DNA of 64,000 nucleotides, taken from Candidatus Bipolaricaulota bacterium. GTDB taxonomy: Bacteria; Bipolaricaulota; Bipolaricaulia; Bipolaricaulales; Bipolaricaulaceae. Of the stretch, positions 60,417 through 64,000 are shown one piece after another. The DNA lies in the NCBI GenBank assembly GCA_014360985.1, contig JACIWK010000003.1, forward strand, positions 1,061 to 65,060. The letters run 5' to 3'. The notes below the pieces were generated by a model. The model saw nothing but the letters and a program-made list of their open reading frames with translations. It was not told the DNA's origin and did no database searches. The translations under genes and the position numbers were made by a program. The number at the start of each line of letters is the position of its first letter. Within the stretch, counting starts at the first letter, position 1.

Positions 60417-61344
60417 GGGGTCAGACCTTCATTCTTAGGGTTTTCCCCGTCTCCGCTCCACCTTCTTCGCGATCGTGCTGATGGTCGAGTAGAGCAACCC
60501 CACATGGGCTCCTACTTCGGTGAGCGTATAGCCGTGCACCCGCACCGCCTCGTGGATGCGCTCGTCGCGGGTCGCCCGGTCGGTGACACCGGCGAACAGC
60601 TCGTCGAGGCTCGGTCGGGCCGCCAGCCGCTCGCGTTGACGGTACTCGGGGGTGAGGGGCTTCTGCTGGAGGCGCGGGCGGAGGCTCTCGACGAACGAGG
60701 GGCGCCCGAGGACCCAACCTGCCTGAAGTTCGTCCCATACCCGCACGCCACGCCCCTGGTGCACGAACCGCCGGTACGCGCGGACAGCGCGCTCCCAGTC
60801 GGAGTCGAACTGGGCGAGGATCCAATCTACGGTGAGGTAGGCGGGCGGCTCGATGTAGCCCGCGGTGGCGCGGTAGCTGCTCCACGGCCAGTCGCGGGGC
60901 ACGCGGACTAGACCCGCACGCACAGGGTTCAGGACGACGTAGCGGGCGAGCTCGAGCAGGTAGCTGTCCTTCTCCACGAGGATGGACTTGAACCGTCCTT
61001 GAAAGAGGTGGCCGATTCGGTCATGGCGGCGGTTGAACCACTGGGTGTACACGCCATTCAGTAGCTGCATTCCACGGGATAGGCTACCCTCGGGGGTCTC
61101 GACCACGAGGTGGTAGTGGTTGTCCATCAGGCAGTACGCGTGGCAGATCCAGCGGTGTCGCGCGACGACGTCGCTCAGCGTGTCGAGGAAGCTCCGGCGG
61201 TCTGCGTCGTCGCAGAAGACCGCCTCGCGGGCGTTCCCGCGGCTGGTGAGGTGGTACAGAGCCCCGGCGTACTCCAACCGCAGCGGTCGAGCCATGGCAA
61301 GGTGAGTATAGCGGCAAGGACCCTAAAAATGAAGGTCTGACCCC
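60417..61344 (-). mobile_element. RAYT-type Y1 transposase unit bounded by 25-bp inverted repeats (1 mismatch)
   Basis: Left 60417-60441 GGGGTCAGACCTTCATTCTTAGGGT; right 61320-61344 ACCCTAAAAATGAAGGTCTGACCCC. Confidence 0.8.
60435..61295 (-). CDS. REP-associated tyrosine transposase (HUH/Y1) with C-terminal HTH
   Basis: RPLRLEY.GALYHLTSRGN, AYCLMDNHYHL (HUH), GHLFQGRFKS, YVVLNPVRAG, WPWSSY. Confidence 0.92.
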   Translation of the reverse strand: MARPLRLEYAGALYHLTSRGNAREAVFCDDADRRSFLDTLSDVVARHRWICHAYCLMDNHYHLVVETPEGSLSRGMQLLNGVYTQWFNRRHDRIGHLFQGRFKSILVEKDSYLLELARYVVLNPVRAGLVRVPRDWPWSSYRATAGYIEPPAYLTVDWILAQFDSDWERAVRAYRRFVHQGRGVRVWDELQAGWVLGRPSFVESLRPRLQQKPLTPEYRQRERLAARPSLDELFAGVTDRATRDERIHEAVRVHGYTLTEVGAHVGLLYSTISTIAKKVERRRGKP

Positions 61345-61361
61345 GAAGTGAGGAGGGAGCG

Positions 61362-61847
61362 ATGGAGATCAGGAGTGTGGGGATCGAGAAGCCGGATGAG
61401 GTGAACGTGATCCTCGGGCAGGCGCACTTCATCAAGACGGTGGAGGACCTCCACGAGGCGCTCGTGAACGCGGTCCCGGGGGCGAAGTTCGGGCTCGCGT
61501 TCTGCGAGGCGTCGGGCCCGGCCCTCGTGCGGTGGTCGGGCACGGACCCGGAGCTCGTGGACCTCGCAACGCGGAACGCGCTCGCGCTCGCCTGCGGCCA
61601 CACGTTCGTCATCGTCCTGCGGGGGATGTACCCGGTCAACGTCCTCAACGCGGTCAAGCTCGTCCCGGAGGTGTGCCGCGTGTTCTGCGCCACCGCCAAC
61701 CCCGTCCAGGTGATCGTCGCCGAGACGGAGGGGGGACGGGGGATCCTCGGCGTGGTGGACGGCGTGGCGACGAAAGGCGTGGAAGGGGAAGAGGAGATCG
61801 CGGAGCGCAAGGCGCTCCTCCGCCGGATCGGGTACAAACTGGGCTGA
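61362..61847 (+). CDS. DUF355 / adenosine-specific kinase family protein
   Basis: [52 protein letters not shown]. Confidence 0.85.
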   Translation: MEIRSVGIEKPDEVNVILGQAHFIKTVEDLHEALVNAVPGAKFGLAFCEASGPALVRWSGTDPELVDLATRNALALACGHTFVIVLRGMYPVNVLNAVKLVPEVCRVFCATANPVQVIVAETEGGRGILGVVDGVATKGVEGEEEIAERKALLRRIGYKLG

Positions 61848-61877
61848 GTCCCGCCCCGCGGGACAAGGAGGCGCAAC

Positions 61878-63032
61878 GTGAGCACCCGGGTCATGAAGAA
61901 GATCGTCACGCCGTTCGAGACGCTCGGGGTGTCGGGAGCGGTGGTCATGGTCAACCTCTACGACCCCCAGCTTCCCACCGCCGCGCTGTTCCTGGAGGCG
62001 GTCCGCGGCGCGGGGATCCCGGTCCTCGCCTTGGGGAACAAGCTCGATCTCGTGTCCCCGGACGTGGTGGAGCGAGTCCGGGACGAGCTCGGGGTGGATG
62101 TGGAGCCGATCTCGCTCCTCACGGGCGAGAACGTCGCCCGGGCGGCCGCCGCGATCGAGGAGCGGTTCCCCGCTGGGGCCCGGATCGCGGTCCTCGGGGT
62201 GTTCAACGCCGGAAAGACGAGCCTCATCGCCCGCCTCACCGGAAAGGAGCTACGGGTGGGCGACCTCCCCGGCACGACGCTCGAGTTCGAGGAGCATGCC
62301 TGGAACGGGCGGACCCTCATCGACTCCGTGGGCCAGCTCATCGATGTGAACCGCCCGTTCATGGTCGGCTACGACTTCACGGGGTGCGAGGGCCCCGAGG
62401 ACATGTTCGAGCGCGCCCTGCGCCTGGAGGCGGAGGGGATCCTGTCCACCCTCGTCACGGCCCGGAACGGGTTCGTCGAGGCGCTCGCCCGGATCGGCGA
62501 GCGGATCGCAGCCGGAGGGAAGATCGTCACCACCGGGGCCGGGGCCTCGGCCCTCGTGGCGGAGGAGATCGCCGGGCAGTGCTACGAGACGGGCGTTCCC
62601 TGCCTGTGCATCACGAACAGCATGGCCCAGGCGCTGCCGGTGTCGTTCGCCAAGGGCACGGCGGAGGAGGAAGGGGGGCTGGCCCGCTACATCGCGGACT
62701 CCGTGGGTCCAGGGGATGTGCTCATCGGGATCTCCGCCTCGGGGGGGACGGGGTTCGTCTACGAGGCCCTCCGGCTGGCCCGGGACAAGGGCGCGCTCAC
62801 AGTGGCGATCACGGAGAACAGGGACACCCCACTTGGGAAGAACGCCGACGTGGTCGTGAAGAGCAATGCCAAGCCCGAGGGTCCGTCGAGCACCCGGGTT
62901 CAGACGGCCCACCTCGCCCTCGGCCACGCCCTGGTGTGCTCGCTGGCGGCGCTGCGCGGGCTCACCGCGGAGGAGTCGATCCGGTACATGCTCCCGGAGA
63001 AGATCGCCACAAAGAAGATGGGGATCAAATGA
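61878..63032 (+). CDS. Circularly permuted GTPase fused to a SIS (sugar isomerase) domain
   Basis: G4 NKLD, G5 SLL, G1 GVFNAGKT, G2 PGTT, G3 DSVG in cpGTPase order; then GAGAS, GDVLIGISASG.T, TVAIT..DTPL...ADVV SIS motifs. Confidence 0.8.
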   Translation: MSTRVMKKIVTPFETLGVSGAVVMVNLYDPQLPTAALFLEAVRGAGIPVLALGNKLDLVSPDVVERVRDELGVDVEPISLLTGENVARAAAAIEERFPAGARIAVLGVFNAGKTSLIARLTGKELRVGDLPGTTLEFEEHAWNGRTLIDSVGQLIDVNRPFMVGYDFTGCEGPEDMFERALRLEAEGILSTLVTARNGFVEALARIGERIAAGGKIVTTGAGASALVAEEIAGQCYETGVPCLCITNSMAQALPVSFAKGTAEEEGGLARYIADSVGPGDVLIGISASGGTGFVYEALRLARDKGALTVAITENRDTPLGKNADVVVKSNAKPEGPSSTRVQTAHLALGHALVCSLAALRGLTAEESIRYMLPEKIATKKMGIK

Positions 63033-63718
63033 TCCGCGCACTACTCCTCGACCTGGGCGGGCCTGTCTTGAACGAGGACGCGGAGTACGCGAGCTGGGCC
63101 CGGTTCCTCCGCGGAGCGCTCGCGGGGGAGGGGATCGCCGTGCCCGAACAGGAGTTCGCTCGCGAGGTGCGGATGGCGATCTCTCGCTGCGACCCCAACG
63201 CCTACCTCTCCGCGGTGTGGAGCTTTTCGCGCCCGGATGTGGACCGGTTCCGCCGGATTCGGGCTGCGTTCCGGGAGCACGGGCAGGCGTTCGCCGCCGA
63301 TCTCCCCGGCGTGGAGGTCCGCCCCGAGGCGCGGGAGGTCATCCCCGCACTCGCGGACCGGCACCTCCTCGCCATCGCCGCGAACCAGCCCCTGACGGTG
63401 CTCTCTCTCCTCGAGGAGGCGGGGCTGCTGCGCCACTTTCGCTGGCAGCACGTCTCGGATGGGATGGGCGTTGCCAAACCTTCCCCCCTCTTCTTCCGGA
63501 TGATCCTCGACGGGCTCGGGGTGAGGCCAGAGGAGGCGGTGATGGTGGGGGACCGGTTGGACTTCGACATCCACCCCGCGAAGCTCATGGGAATGAAAAC
63601 GATCCGCGTCCTCGTCGGCCCGTACGCTGGCCAGGAGCCGATCTCTCCCTTCCATGTGCCCGACCGGACCGTTTCCACCTTGCGCGAGCTCCTCCCTGCC
63701 CTCGCTTCGCTCCCGTAG
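63029..63718 (+). CDS. HAD-superfamily hydrolase
   Basis: LLDLGG, AKPSP.FF, MVGDR..FDI.PA...GM. Confidence 0.88.
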   Translation: MIRALLLDLGGPVLNEDAEYASWARFLRGALAGEGIAVPEQEFAREVRMAISRCDPNAYLSAVWSFSRPDVDRFRRIRAAFREHGQAFAADLPGVEVRPEAREVIPALADRHLLAIAANQPLTVLSLLEEAGLLRHFRWQHVSDGMGVAKPSPLFFRMILDGLGVRPEEAVMVGDRLDFDIHPAKLMGMKTIRVLVGPYAGQEPISPFHVPDRTVSTLRELLPALASLP

Positions 63719-63784
63719 CGTCGCCGCTTGCCTGCGACGGCCCCTTTGCCGGAGGGTCCGTAGCGGCGGATCTCGTGTCCGCCG
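63715..63784 (+). repeat. GTAG-type REP pair (A 63715-63739, B 63760-63784)
   Basis: GTAG-CGTCGCCG-CTTGC-CTGCGACG and GTAG-CGGCGGAT-CTCGT-GTCCGCCG. Confidence 0.8.
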
Positions 63785-63870
63785 GGTGTCCCATCGTGGT
63801 GCGGTGAGGGGTGGCGATCGGACGGGACCTCCTCTACACTTCGGCGGAGGAAAAACAAGGAGGAGAACGG

Positions 63871-64000
63871 ATGCGCACGCTGTCCCGAGTGCTCGACGAG
63901 ACGACCCGGAAGTTCCCCGATCGGCCGGCCGTGTTCTACGAGGGGAAGACGATCCCCTACCGCGAGCTGGCCACGGAGGTGGACCGACTCGCGGCAGGCC
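63871..64000 (+). CDS. AMP-binding enzyme / acyl-CoA ligase, N-terminal fragment (runs off the window)
   Basis: GGAGG SD; MRTLSRVLDETTRKFPDRPAVFYEGKTIPYRELATEVDRLAAG. Confidence 0.7.
   Translation, partial: MRTLSRVLDETTRKFPDRPAVFYEGKTIPYRELATEVDRLAAG

Overview
A 64-kb, very GC-rich bacterial window. The gene content is compatible with a Bipolaricaulota/Acetothermia-like organism, but that is an impression and cannot be established from the sequence. 1-30 kb is mostly housekeeping: rsfS, LCP, AMMECR1-mtaB-phoH-ligA, a sigma70 factor, csp, a lone ATP synthase epsilon-like gene, recO, deoC, a GNAT/NSAR pair, glnS, era, hutH/hutI, ispE-cmk-plsC-rpsA, MEMO1-yicC-gmk-acpS, tRNA-Gln and a PadR-controlled FecCD-type ABC transporter. 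30-59 kb is a surface-polysaccharide locus (rmlA-like, galE, wzz, glmM, wbpABDE/I-like pathway, glycosyltransferases, wzx, wzy, glucuronyl C5-epimerase, manC, pglC/D/E-like, GPT-like transferase). It has an AT-richer core, three toxin-antitoxin pairs and several gene remnants. 59-64 kb holds a RAYT-type Y1 transposase with 25-bp inverted repeats and a DUF355 / circularly permuted GTPase-SIS fusion / HAD operon. The best candidate for an undescribed system is a family of 7-bp-periodic complementary repeat arms (TGGCTTG-type and CCACAAG-type). They bracket a four-helix-bundle gene, recur as two empty in-frame hairpin insertions inside the neighbouring aminotransferase, form an exact 37-bp direct repeat around an MNT-HEPN cassette, and form an exact 25-bp inverted repeat around the AT-rich block. 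Other highlights are the cpGTPase-SIS fusion, pervasive leaderless promoter architecture and two REP families. All product calls come from motif recognition by eye; no searches were run.
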